From positions 4,621 to 68,620 of the forward strand of contig JAZNSO010000007.1 in assembly GCA_045591245.1 (NCBI GenBank): a DNA stretch of 64,000 nt, given 5' to 3'. Under the pieces are notes generated by a model, which saw only the letters and a program-made list of their open reading frames with translations, did no database searches and was not told the origin of the DNA. Position 1 is the stretch's first letter; each line of letters opens with the position of its first letter. Shown here piece after piece: positions 1-8,791 of this stretch. A program made the position numbers and the translations under genes. Source of the DNA: Bacteroidales bacterium. Its GTDB lineage: Bacteria; Bacteroidota; Bacteroidia; Bacteroidales; F082.

Positions 1-1131
1 GCCGTCTTTCTCAATGACAAAACTGACAAAGACTCTTCCTTCAATCTTGTTATCAATCGCCGATTGTGGATACTTGATATTTTTACCCAAATATTTCATC
101 AATTCATTAGGACCGCCAGGAAACTGTGGCATTTTTGTAGCTACATTATAAACGGTGTCATTTGGGAAATTACCTGTAACTGTTACCGTAACAGATTCTT
201 TAGTTATTGTTTTATCACCATCAGATTCAACATCATATTCTGTAGAAACATCTATTCCTCGAACCTGATTTTGCGGTTTCGGATTATCGCATTGTGTATT
301 CAGCAAAATCAAGAGCGCGAATACGGGAAGAGTCAGTAACATCCTAATTACCATCTTCTTTGACTTTTGTTTTTGTGTAATCATAATAATTCTTTTTTTG
401 GTTAATAAAAAACTGAAGTTATTGGCTATAGCGTTATAATCGTCAGCCGTGCACTGCTGCAATAATAACATCATATAGTTCGATTTATCGGCCTCGTTTT
501 CAACGGTTTCATTATCCGCTATATACTCATGCAAGCCTTGCAGTTCCTTCTTCATCTTATAGATAAACGGATTGAACCATTGAAACGAAATCATAATTTC
601 CATTAAGATAATATCCAAAGAATGAAGATGCCTAACATGACTCATCTCATGTTTTAAAATCAATGGATTTGTATTATCAGGAATGAAAATATTGTTAAAG
701 AATGAGAAAGGAATATGATTTTCAGAAGTATAGATAACATTAAATCCGTCAATTATTTCCTGCTTCTTTCCCACCTTAATTTTATGAATCTTATAAATGT
801 TAAAAATTATTTTTATAAAGGAAATCACTACACCTATGATATATATGAGTGATATTATCTGTATGAATGAAAGCGAATTATTTTTAACATTTTCCGCTTC
901 AACATTTACATTATTGTCATTTAAAATCTTAATATTTTCTAATGTTAAAAAATATTCAGGTAAAGGTTTAGAAATTTCTATCGAGATGAAAGGAAATACG
1001 AATGCGAAGACCGACATCGTCAGTAATGTCATACGACAGATTTCAAACCTGTTACATTTTCCGAACAATAGTTTATAGGTATAATACAGAACTATCGTCG
1101 CTATGAATGTCAACAAAACTTTTGTCATCAT
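1..1131 (-). CDS. BlaR1/M56-family signal-transducing metallopeptidase with a C-terminal TonB-type domain (3' end runs off the window)
   Basis: Absent from the ORF track because it has no stop in the window. My translation of the minus strand from the ATGs at 1131/1128 is open down to base 1 (MMTKVLLTFIATIVLYY...). It contains the M56 zinc motif in LKHEMSHVRHLHSLD (HExxH). It ends in PQFPGGPNELMKYLGKNIKYPQSAIDNKIEGRVFVSFVIEKDG, a TonB C-terminal signature. It starts 4 nt after the BlaI-like stop. Confidence 0.8.
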   Translation of the reverse strand, partial: MMTKVLLTFIATIVLYYTYKLLFGKCNRFEICRMTLLTMSVFAFVFPFISIEISKPLPEYFLTLENIKILNDNNVNVEAENVKNNSLSFIQIISLIYIIGVVISFIKIIFNIYKIHKIKVGKKQEIIDGFNVIYTSENHIPFSFFNNIFIPDNTNPLILKHEMSHVRHLHSLDIILMEIMISFQWFNPFIYKMKKELQGLHEYIADNETVENEADKSNYMMLLLQQCTADDYNAIANNFSFLLTKKRIIMITQKQKSKKMVIRMLLTLPVFALLILLNTQCDNPKPQNQVRGIDVSTEYDVESDGDKTITKESVTVTVTGNFPNDTVYNVATKMPQFPGGPNELMKYLGKNIKYPQSAIDNKIEGRVFVSFVIEKDG

Positions 1132-1134
1132 AAT

Positions 1135-1512
1135 TTATTTATTTATAACGTCATCAATCATTTTCTTTAGTTCTTCAAGCTGCTCGATCGTAAAATTCTC
1201 TTTCTTGGCAAAAGCCGATACAAGTTCCGTATAGGAATTGTTAAAATAATTTTTCACAAGAGTGTTGAGAGAATTCCGGGAATAATCTTCTTTCGAGATA
1301 AGCGGATAATAACGATTAGCTTTACAGAAAGTCTCGTGTCCGACGAAACCTTTTTTCTCTAAGATTCTAACTATCGTGAGAACAGTGTTATACGCCGGTT
1401 TAGGTTCAGGAAAATTCGACATTATTTCATTAGCGAAGCCCTCGCCTATCTTCCAGATTACGTGCATCACCTGCTCTTCTGCTTTCGTAAGTTCTTTAAT
1501 ACTATTTTCCAT
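1135..1512 (-). CDS. BlaI/MecI/CopY-family transcriptional repressor
   Basis: ORF 1135..1572, which I start at ATG 1512 (MENSIKELTKAEEQVMHVIW...). It shows the winged-helix penicillinase-repressor pattern (...AYNTVLTIVRILEKKGFVGHE...). It is paired with the downstream M56 gene as in blaI-blaR1 modules. Confidence 0.85.
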   Translation of the reverse strand: MENSIKELTKAEEQVMHVIWKIGEGFANEIMSNFPEPKPAYNTVLTIVRILEKKGFVGHETFCKANRYYPLISKEDYSRNSLNTLVKNYFNNSYTELVSAFAKKENFTIEQLEELKKMIDDVINK

Positions 1513-1570
1513 TATCAAATTATTTTTAACATTTAACGATGCAAATATATAATTTATTTTATAACTTCGC

Positions 1571-1586
1571 AACTAAATTTTTAGTT
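1571..1586. promoter_or_regulatory. Inverted repeat AACTAAA-tt-TTTAGTT upstream of the blaI-like gene (candidate operator)
   Basis: 7-bp arms read directly, about 60-75 nt upstream of ATG 1512. The context is AT-rich, so a chance match is possible. Confidence 0.2.
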
Positions 1587-1652
1587 ATATGTAAAAAAAA
1601 ATAAATTTAATAAATGACAATAGAATAATTAAATAAGATTAAAGATTATAAA

Positions 1653-1754
1653 TCACAGTAATTCACGTAATTGTTCTTTTAAAAATGGCAAATCATTTTG
1701 AACTGTCTCCCATACTTTTTCGGGAGAAATAGTATCTTTAACAACTTCTCTCAT
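1653..1754 (-). pseudogene. Decayed HepT (DUF86/HEPN) toxin remnant, 33 codons
   Basis: Not in the ORF track. The minus-strand ATG at 1754 overlaps the end of the MntA gene, as in mntA-hepT operons. It reads MREVVKDTISPEKVWETVQNDLPFLKEQLRELL*. The tail resembles the conserved C-terminal helix of DUF86 proteins. The roughly 80-100 residues that would carry the RxxxxH HEPN motif are missing. Confidence 0.45.
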
Positions 1755-2052
1755 AAATTAAGATTTTGTCCTCGTTTACAGACTTCTGTGCAAATGGAAG
1801 CAAAGTACCATCTTCCACTAAATCAACTTTTTGTTTAAGCAAATCCTCTAACTTACAGATGATATCTGCATATTTAAAAAGACTTATCTTTGCACCATCA
1901 ACAAATGTAACCATAATATCAACATCACTTTCCGACGATTCCTCTCCTCGTGAATACGAACCAAACAACCACGCTTTCTCGATTGGAAGCGTCGCAAAAT
2001 AATTCTGAATAATTGGAATAATATTATTTTTTGTTGCAGTATTCATAATCAA
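1738..2052 (-). CDS. mntA: MntA-type minimal nucleotidyltransferase (type VII TA antitoxin family)
   Basis: 104 aa with GSYSRGEESSESDVDIMV, the GSxxRG...DxD nucleotidyltransferase motif. It is followed by the HepT remnant. Confidence 0.8.
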   Translation of the reverse strand: MIMNTATKNNIIPIIQNYFATLPIEKAWLFGSYSRGEESSESDVDIMVTFVDGAKISLFKYADIICKLEDLLKQKVDLVEDGTLLPFAQKSVNEDKILIYERSC

Positions 2053-2070
2053 GTGATGTCACATCTCCTG

Positions 2071-2102
2071 CAAATATAACAATTTATTTTAAATATTGTT
2101 AT
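2071..2102 (-). promoter_or_regulatory. Candidate promoter plus palindromic operator of the mntA module
   Basis: Minus-strand TATATTTG (plus caaatata, 2071-2078) matches the Bacteroides -7 box TAnnTTTG, 19 nt upstream of ATG 2052. It is overlapped by the palindrome ATAACAAT-N11-ATTGTTAT (2076-2083 / 2095-2102). Confidence 0.3.
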
Positions 2103-2351
2103 GTTCGGACTATGAAATTTAAATTTTTAAATCATCTCAGAAAAAAACAACTTATTTTATTATCTGATAATTGTGATAGAATCCAAAGGACAAGACAAAA
2201 TTCACATAGTGCGGATTATTCTCATACAATGATTTATTTTTACTCAATGGGAAAACGGAATAAATTTCCATACAAAACATGTGTGATCTTTTATCTATTT
2301 TTTCTTTCAAAAACGCCAAATCTTTTTTTTTATTCTTCGCAAAATATTTCT

Positions 2352-2389
2352 TAAATTTGTCGTTCATAACTTATATTTCTATAAGTTAT
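2352..2389 (+). promoter_or_regulatory. Candidate promoter (-7 box TAAATTTG) and perfect 10-bp inverted repeat in front of the RND operon
   Basis: TAAATTTG at 2352-2359. ATAACTTATA-tttc-TATAAGTTAT at 2366-2389, at or just after the predicted transcription start and 38 nt before ATG 2427. Confidence 0.3.
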
Positions 2390-2426
2390 TTTCTCACTAC
2401 AAAACAACAACAAATTAAACTTGAAA

Positions 2427-3596
2427 ATGAGCAATTTAAGTAAATTAAGAAAATTATTTTTTATCGGAATTATCGGTTTGTCTATGACATCATGTCAGGA
2501 GAAAGTGGTTCCACAGAAGAAAGCAGAAACAATTTATAAGACATTAACCGTAGAAAAAAGCGATCAGATATTGAGAAGCGGTTTCGCCGCCACCATCAAC
2601 GGCTGCCAGACCGTAGAAGTTCGTCCGCAGGTCAGTGGCATGATTACGGACATCCGCATCAACGAAGGCGACTTCGTGCGTAAAGACTCTACCCTTTTCG
2701 TCATCGACCAAACGCCATATAAAGCCGCTTACGAGATAGCGACAGCCAACGTGATGAGTGCCGAGGCAAACCTCTCGACAGCGCAGTTAGTTCTTGAAAG
2801 CAGCAAGGAACTTCTTGAACAAGATGTCATCTCCGAGTTTGAACTCATGACAGCACAGAACGACCTCGCCGAAGCCGAAGCTAAATTGGCGTTGGCAAAA
2901 GCCGAGATGAACAGTGCATACAACAACCTTTCTTATACTTACGTAAAATCACCTGTCAACGGTGTCGCTTCCATGATACCTTATCGTGTCGGCGCATTGG
3001 TAAACAGCAGCATAAGTCAGCCTTTAGTCACAGTATCCGACGACAGCAGAATCTTCGCTTATTTTTCCATGGCGGAAAATCAGATGTTAGATATGATTCA
3101 GGAATACGGCTCGTTGAAAGCCGCCATCAAGGACATGCCTGCTGTAGAATTGGTGATGAGCAACGGCAAGACATACAATCATAAAGGTAAGATCAACGCC
3201 GTGAGTGGAACCATCAGTGCGAGCACGGGAGCTGTTAGTTTCCGCGCCGTATTCCCAAATCCCGACCGTCTCTTACGCGACGGCGGCAGCGGAACAGTCA
3301 TCATACCGACCTCACACGAAGACTGCATCGTAATACCTCAGACCGCTACATTTGAACTACAGGAGAAGATATTCGTTTATAAAGTCGTTGACGGCAAGGC
3401 ACAATCGGCTGCCATCACCGTCATGCCTCGTAACAACGGCATCGATTATATAGTGACGAGCGGCTTGGAAGTCGGCGACGTCATCATCGCAGAAGGTGCA
3501 GGTTTGGTAAGAGAAGGAGCTACTATTAAGACAGCTGAAGAAGCCGACAGCCAACAGCCAACAGCTAACAGTCAAAATAACAACGGAGGTAATTGA
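2427..3596 (+). CDS. RND efflux periplasmic adaptor (membrane fusion protein), lipoprotein
   Basis: ORF 2421..3596 begins with TTG; the first ATG is at 2427. Lipobox LSMTSC. HlyD/AcrA-like layout (VEVRPQVSGMITDI..., coiled-coil hairpin, beta-barrel). It is followed by the RND pump. Confidence 0.9.
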   Translation: MSNLSKLRKLFFIGIIGLSMTSCQEKVVPQKKAETIYKTLTVEKSDQILRSGFAATINGCQTVEVRPQVSGMITDIRINEGDFVRKDSTLFVIDQTPYKAAYEIATANVMSAEANLSTAQLVLESSKELLEQDVISEFELMTAQNDLAEAEAKLALAKAEMNSAYNNLSYTYVKSPVNGVASMIPYRVGALVNSSISQPLVTVSDDSRIFAYFSMAENQMLDMIQEYGSLKAAIKDMPAVELVMSNGKTYNHKGKINAVSGTISASTGAVSFRAVFPNPDRLLRDGGSGTVIIPTSHEDCIVIPQTATFELQEKIFVYKVVDGKAQSAAITVMPRNNGIDYIVTSGLEVGDVIIAEGAGLVREGATIKTAEEADSQQPTANSQNNNGGN

Positions 3597-3598
3597 TT

Positions 3599-6500
3599 AT
3601 GAATATCAGAACATTCATCGACCGTCCGATTTTCGCCGGTGTCATCTCTGTGATAATAGTGTTGCTCGGTCTCATTTGTCTCGTCGGACTTCCTGTCGAA
3701 CAATATCCGGAAATCGCGCCTCCTACAGTAAGTGTTTCAGCGAATTACGCCGGTGCTAATGCCGAGACAGTACAGAACAGCGTCGTCGTGCCTTTGGAAG
3801 AAGCCATCAACGGCGTGGAAGACATGATGTATATGACATCATCAGCCAACAACAACGGTTCGGCTAACATACAGATTTATTTCCGTCAGGGAACAAACCC
3901 CGACATGGCTACTGTCAACGTTCAGAATCGTATAGCTTCAGCACAAGGATTGTTACCTGCAGAAGTAACACGTAGCGGCGTGACAGTACGTAAGCGACAG
4001 ACGAGTCGTATCAAGGCTCTAGCTGTTTATAGTCCTGACGACTCTTTCGACGAGAGATTCATAAGTAATTATTTAAAGATCAATATTGAGCCGAGATTAT
4101 CGCGTATCGCTGGCGTCGGCGAAGTCGATGTCAGAGGTGCCGACTACTCGCTTCGTATCTGGCTCGACCCGGCTAAGATGGCGAAATATTCTCTCATTCC
4201 TTCCGACATCTCGGCTGTATTGGCAGAACAAAACTTAGAAGCAGCCACCGGAACTCTCGGTGCCGACTCGGAAAACACATTCCGTTACACATTAAAATAT
4301 AGAGGTCGTTACGATAAAGAAGAAGACTACGCCAACATGGTGATTCGCGCCGATGCCGACGGTACTTTATTAAGACTTAAAGACATCGGAACTGTGGAAT
4401 TAGGTTCAAGAAGCTACGACTACATTGGAAAGGTAAACGGACATCCAGGAACCACATTGATGATCTCACAGACTTCAGGCTCCAACGCCAACGAAATCAT
4501 CGAAGCCATCGACAAGGAAGTGGAAGAAATCCGCAAGACCTTACCGAAAGGCATCGAAATCGTTGACTTGATGAGTACCAAAGACTTCTTAGACGCTTCT
4601 ATTGCTAACGTCATCGAGACACTTGTCTTAGCCGTCATCTTGGTTATCTTGATAGTCTACATCTTCTTACAGAGTTTCCGTTCCACCTTCATCCCTGCCA
4701 TCGCCATCGTCGTTTCACTCATAGGAACATTCGCATTCTTGATGGTAGCGGGATTCAGTCTCAACATGATCACGCTCTTCGCCTTAGTGCTCGTCATCGG
4801 TACTGTCGTTGATAATGCGATTGTTGTGGTAGAAGCGGTGCAAGCCAAATTCGACGCAGGATACACCTCGCCATATAAAGCCACCATCGACGCGATGCAA
4901 GGCATTTCCAACGCATTGATTGCAACGACATTCGTTTTCATGGCGGTGTTTATCCCAGTATGTTTCATGGGAGGAACTACAGGAACGTTCTATACGCAGT
5001 TCGGTCTTACGATGGCTGTTGCTGTAGGTATCTCACTCATCAACTCCATCACGTTAAGTCCGGCATTATGTGCATTATTGATGCAACCTTACGTCATAAA
5101 AGAAGACGGAAGCATGTCGTTCTCAACACGTTTTCATATAGTCTTCGACGCAGGTTTCAAGGGCGTAGTAAACAAATACAGAAAAGGTGTTCTCTTCATG
5201 TTCAAGAACAAATGGCTGTCGGTGATATTAGTCATCGTTGCTATCGGCGGACTTTTCTATATGTTAGAACACACCAAGACAGGTCTCGTCCCGAAAGAAG
5301 ACATGGGTTCTATAAACATTGACGTTCAGACACCTCCAGGAACTAACTTAGGAGAGACGGTGCGCGTCATGGAAATCATTGCATCACGCTTAGACGAGAT
5401 TCCTCAGATAGAATCATATTCCTATACAACAGGTTGGGGCATGATGAGCGGTGCAGGACCTTCGTGCGGAGGCTTCACCATTCGTCTCAAACCATGGGAA
5501 CAACGTACAGAAACAGAAGACAATATCGACTTCGTGATGGAAGACATTTATTCAAAGACATCCGACATCACCTCGGCTAAGATCATAGTCTTCACCCGCG
5601 GTATGATTCCTGGCTACGGAGCAAGTAGCGGTTTTGAGGTGCACATCCAAGACCAAAAAGGCGGTAAGTTAGAAGACCTTCAAAAAATCACCAACGACAT
5701 CATAGCAGCTCTGAACGAGAGACCAGAGATCAGCAGAGCATCAACATCTTTCGACACCAAATATCCTCAATATCTTTTGGAAGTCGATGCTGCGAGATGC
5801 AAGCGTAACGGCGTTTCTCCAGGCGAGGTTCTCAACGTGATGGCTGGCTACGTCGGCGGAAGTTACGCATCAAATATGAACAGATTCTCAAAGCTCTATC
5901 GTGTCATGATACAAGCCTCGGCAGAACATCGTTTAGACACCGAATCGCTCAACAATATGTTCGTAAGAAATAAAAACGGAGAGATGTCACCGATAGGTCA
6001 ATATGTTACATTGACACGTGTTTACGGACCACAGTCTATCTCACGTTTCAACCTTTTCTCATCAATACAAATCAACGGACAAGCTGCCAACGGATACTCA
6101 TCCGGAGAGGCGATCCAAGCGGTCAGAGATGTCACCGACGAATTATTGCCGGCAGGTTACGGATACGAATTCGGAGGAATGTCGAGAGAAGAAGCATCAT
6201 CGAGCAGCTCGACAGCGATGATATTTGTAATCTGTATAGTATTCATCTACTTAATACTTTGTGCTTTATACGAAAGTATCTTCATTCCTATCGTCGTCAT
6301 ATTATCAGTACCATTCGGATTGGCAGGCAGTTTCTTGTTCGCCAATATGTTCGGATTGGAAAACAACATTTATTTACAGATCGGACTTCTGATGCTGATA
6401 GGATTGTTAGCAAAGACAGCCATCTTGATTACCGAATACGCATCAGCGAGAAGAACAGAAGGAATGTCAATACCGATGGCAGCGATGTCGGCAGCAAAGG

Positions 6501-6730
6501 AAAGATTAAGAGCCATCTTAATGACATCATTGACAATGATTTTCGGTATGTTACCGATGATGTTCGCAACAGGTGTAGGTGCTAACGGCAATATCTCCAT
6601 CGGCGTGGGAACAGTAGGCGGAATGCTCATCGGAACGATAGCGTTATTATTCGTAGTGCCAGTTTTATTTATTATCTTTAGAAATATTGAAGAAAAAGTA
6701 ATGCCTAAAAGAAATAAGGAAATAGAATAA
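3599..6730 (+). CDS. RND (HAE1/AcrB-like) efflux permease
   Basis: About 1040 aa starting MNIRTFIDRPIFAGVISV..., with 12 TM segments and two large periplasmic loops. ATG 3599 lies 3 nt after the adaptor stop. Confidence 0.95.
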   Translation: MNIRTFIDRPIFAGVISVIIVLLGLICLVGLPVEQYPEIAPPTVSVSANYAGANAETVQNSVVVPLEEAINGVEDMMYMTSSANNNGSANIQIYFRQGTNPDMATVNVQNRIASAQGLLPAEVTRSGVTVRKRQTSRIKALAVYSPDDSFDERFISNYLKINIEPRLSRIAGVGEVDVRGADYSLRIWLDPAKMAKYSLIPSDISAVLAEQNLEAATGTLGADSENTFRYTLKYRGRYDKEEDYANMVIRADADGTLLRLKDIGTVELGSRSYDYIGKVNGHPGTTLMISQTSGSNANEIIEAIDKEVEEIRKTLPKGIEIVDLMSTKDFLDASIANVIETLVLAVILVILIVYIFLQSFRSTFIPAIAIVVSLIGTFAFLMVAGFSLNMITLFALVLVIGTVVDNAIVVVEAVQAKFDAGYTSPYKATIDAMQGISNALIATTFVFMAVFIPVCFMGGTTGTFYTQFGLTMAVAVGISLINSITLSPALCALLMQPYVIKEDGSMSFSTRFHIVFDAGFKGVVNKYRKGVLFMFKNKWLSVILVIVAIGGLFYMLEHTKTGLVPKEDMGSINIDVQTPPGTNLGETVRVMEIIASRLDEIPQIESYSYTTGWGMMSGAGPSCGGFTIRLKPWEQRTETEDNIDFVMEDIYSKTSDITSAKIIVFTRGMIPGYGASSGFEVHIQDQKGGKLEDLQKITNDIIAALNERPEISRASTSFDTKYPQYLLEVDAARCKRNGVSPGEVLNVMAGYVGGSYASNMNRFSKLYRVMIQASAEHRLDTESLNNMFVRNKNGEMSPIGQYVTLTRVYGPQSISRFNLFSSIQINGQAANGYSSGEAIQAVRDVTDELLPAGYGYEFGGMSREEASSSSSTAMIFVICIVFIYLILCALYESIFIPIVVILSVPFGLAGSFLFANMFGLENNIYLQIGLLMLIGLLAKTAILITEYASARRTEGMSIPMAAMSAAKERLRAILMTSLTMIFGMLPMMFATGVGANGNISIGVGTVGGMLIGTIALLFVVPVLFIIFRNIEEKVMPKRNKEIE

Positions 6731-8076
6731 TGAAAAAGATATTAATACCTATATTATTATTGTTGACAATTGTCTCGATGAACAGTTGTGCTTTGTATAA
6801 AGAATACGAGCGTCCTGATATTGCTTTCGTAGATAGTCTCTACAACAGAATTCCGACAGCAGACGACTATGAGTCAATAGCTTCTCTCACTTGGAAAGAA
6901 CTGTTTGCAGACACACTTCTTCATAGTCTGATAGAATTAGGGTTAGAAAACAACACCGATTTAGAGATAGCACGCTTGAAAGTAGAACAAGCAGAAGCCA
7001 CTTTAAAGACTTCCAAATTAGCATTCTATCCGAATGTCTCATTCTCTGCGCAAGTCGGAGCCAACCAGAACGGATCCAACTACAGCCTCGCCCCCACCGC
7101 TTCATGGGAAGTCGATGCTTTCGGCAGATTACACAACACCAAAGAAGGAGCTAAGGCAGCACTCGCAGCGACGGAGGCTTATCAGCAGGCAGTACAGACT
7201 CAGCTCATCGCGACGATTGCAGATGCCTATTACACACTGCTCATGCTCGACGAACAATTAGACATAAGCAAAAGGACATTAAACACTTGGGAAGAAAATA
7301 TCAGGACATTATCGGCTTTGAAGAGAGCCGGCAAGACCAACGAAGCTGCTGTACTTCAGGCAAAAGCCAATAAAGTCAATGTGGAAGCTTCTATATTAAG
7401 TTTAGAGAAGCAAATCATAGAACAAGAAAATTCATTATCAGCGTTGTTAGGACTTGTGCCACAAGAATTTGAGCGTAACGCTTTATCGGAACAAGTATTT
7501 CCAGATACATTATTGATGGGACTTCCTTTATCGAGTCTCGTCAACCGTCCTGACGTAAGACAAGCTGAGTATAAGTTAGTTGAAGCCTATTATGCCACCA
7601 ATGTAGCGCGTTCCTACTTCTACCCTTCTATCACTTTAAGCGGAAGTGCTGGATGGTCGGGAGTCAGCGGCAATCCAGGCGACTTCATTTTCAATGCAGT
7701 AGGCTCTTTGATGCAGCCAATCTTCAATCAAGGCAAAAACAAAGCGAGGTTAAAGATAAGCGAGTCGCAACGACAAGAAGCCTTGTTGAATTTCAAGCAG
7801 ACTTTGTTAGACGCAGGCACTGAGGCAAACAACGCCTTGATTTCATGGCAGACAGCACGTAAGAGATTAGACAGCGACAAGTTACAGATTGTGTATCTGA
7901 AAGGAGCTGTCATGAATACGCAGCTTCTCATGAAGAACGGACAAGCCGATTATTTGGAAGTTTTGACAGCTCAGAAGAATCTGTTACAGGCAGAACTGAC
8001 TGAAACAAACGACAAATATCTTGAAATACAGAGCGTTATTTCATTATATCATGCGCTTGGAGGAGGAATGGAGTAA
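6730..8076 (+). CDS. Efflux outer-membrane factor lipoprotein (NodT/TolC family)
   Basis: TAATG overlap with the permease stop. Lipobox VSMNSC. Duplicated TolC-like helical repeats. Confidence 0.9.
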   Translation: MKKILIPILLLLTIVSMNSCALYKEYERPDIAFVDSLYNRIPTADDYESIASLTWKELFADTLLHSLIELGLENNTDLEIARLKVEQAEATLKTSKLAFYPNVSFSAQVGANQNGSNYSLAPTASWEVDAFGRLHNTKEGAKAALAATEAYQQAVQTQLIATIADAYYTLLMLDEQLDISKRTLNTWEENIRTLSALKRAGKTNEAAVLQAKANKVNVEASILSLEKQIIEQENSLSALLGLVPQEFERNALSEQVFPDTLLMGLPLSSLVNRPDVRQAEYKLVEAYYATNVARSYFYPSITLSGSAGWSGVSGNPGDFIFNAVGSLMQPIFNQGKNKARLKISESQRQEALLNFKQTLLDAGTEANNALISWQTARKRLDSDKLQIVYLKGAVMNTQLLMKNGQADYLEVLTAQKNLLQAELTETNDKYLEIQSVISLYHALGGGME

Positions 8077-8236
8077 GTACATCATCCTATCCCACTTAAA
8101 TCTATTTTGTAATAAGTAGGGAGTTCATTATTCTTCTCAATAAACATCACCATATAGATTGGTGCAAGGATTCAAATGTGCCATAAAAGTTTCTCCTAAA
8201 ACCTAAAAATAATGTAAAAATATCAAGAATTTTTCT

Positions 8237-8244
8237 TATCTTTG
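8237..8244 (+). promoter_or_regulatory. Candidate -7 promoter box TATCTTTG
   Basis: Matches TAnnTTTG, 10 nt upstream of ATG 8255, implying a very short leader. Confidence 0.3.
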
Positions 8245-8254
8245 TAGCAACAAG

Positions 8255-8629
8255 ATGAAAAAATCGTCGAAATATATAATACTCATTATCACACTCTTTG
8301 CTATCATATATTGCAAAGGTGAAATGGTTTCGCCGAAAGATAATATCCCCGAACTGATTAAACTGCTTGCTGAAGAAACTGAATCGCTCTCAACAGATTC
8401 TCCAGATTCATGTAACGCACAATTAATCAACTTCACAAACTCACGACATTTAAACAAAAGTACATTACGACGCGACAATTGCCAGCGTCATTTTTTATAC
8501 CTAATAAAAGTTAATAAGGCTTCATACGAAACGCCTTCTTATTGTATTGTTAACAAATCTACATTAAAGTATCCCTTCTCTTCCGAACCAACTCATCGCC
8601 TGATAAGTCTCGGAAAACTCATTATTTAA
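8255..8629 (+). CDS. Hypothetical small lipoprotein or secreted protein
   Basis: 124-aa ORF with an N-terminal signal (MKKSSKYIILIITLFAIIYC) and a promoter box directly upstream. There is no recognisable domain, and the C-terminal half may be non-coding read-through. Confidence 0.4.
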   Translation: MKKSSKYIILIITLFAIIYCKGEMVSPKDNIPELIKLLAEETESLSTDSPDSCNAQLINFTNSRHLNKSTLRRDNCQRHFLYLIKVNKASYETPSYCIVNKSTLKYPFSSEPTHRLISLGKLII

Positions 8630-8791
8630 TTAGGATTAAAGACATTGACTAATGTCCGAAGGGACAGAAGAATGAAAGAACAGAGTGGCAGAGTAAAAAT
8701 TAAACTTTATACTAATTAACTCCTAACTTTAAACTACTCTAAACTATAAAATAAACTCTAAACTATTAACTATAAGCAATAAACTTTAAAA

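Noticed and set aside
64-1078. Plus-strand ORFs 64..339 and 797..1078
   Set aside because: Both lie antisense to the open minus-strand M56/TonB reading frame, which has clear motifs. Their products are low-complexity, one starts at a non-ATG codon, and they look like shadow ORFs.
2112-2367. ORFs 2112..2354 (+) and 2152..2367 (-) between mntA and the RND operon
   Set aside because: They overlap each other on opposite strands and have AT-rich, Lys/Phe/Tyr-biased products with no motif. The region is better explained as two promoter/operator regions.
4420-6630. Multiple 60-120 aa ORFs inside the RND permease gene (e.g. 4657..4968 -, 4960..5322 +, 6259..6585 +)
   Set aside because: They lie in alternative frames of a 1040-aa gene with an unambiguous AcrB-like sequence. 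Their Arg/Cys-rich or hydrophobic composition is typical of frame shadows.
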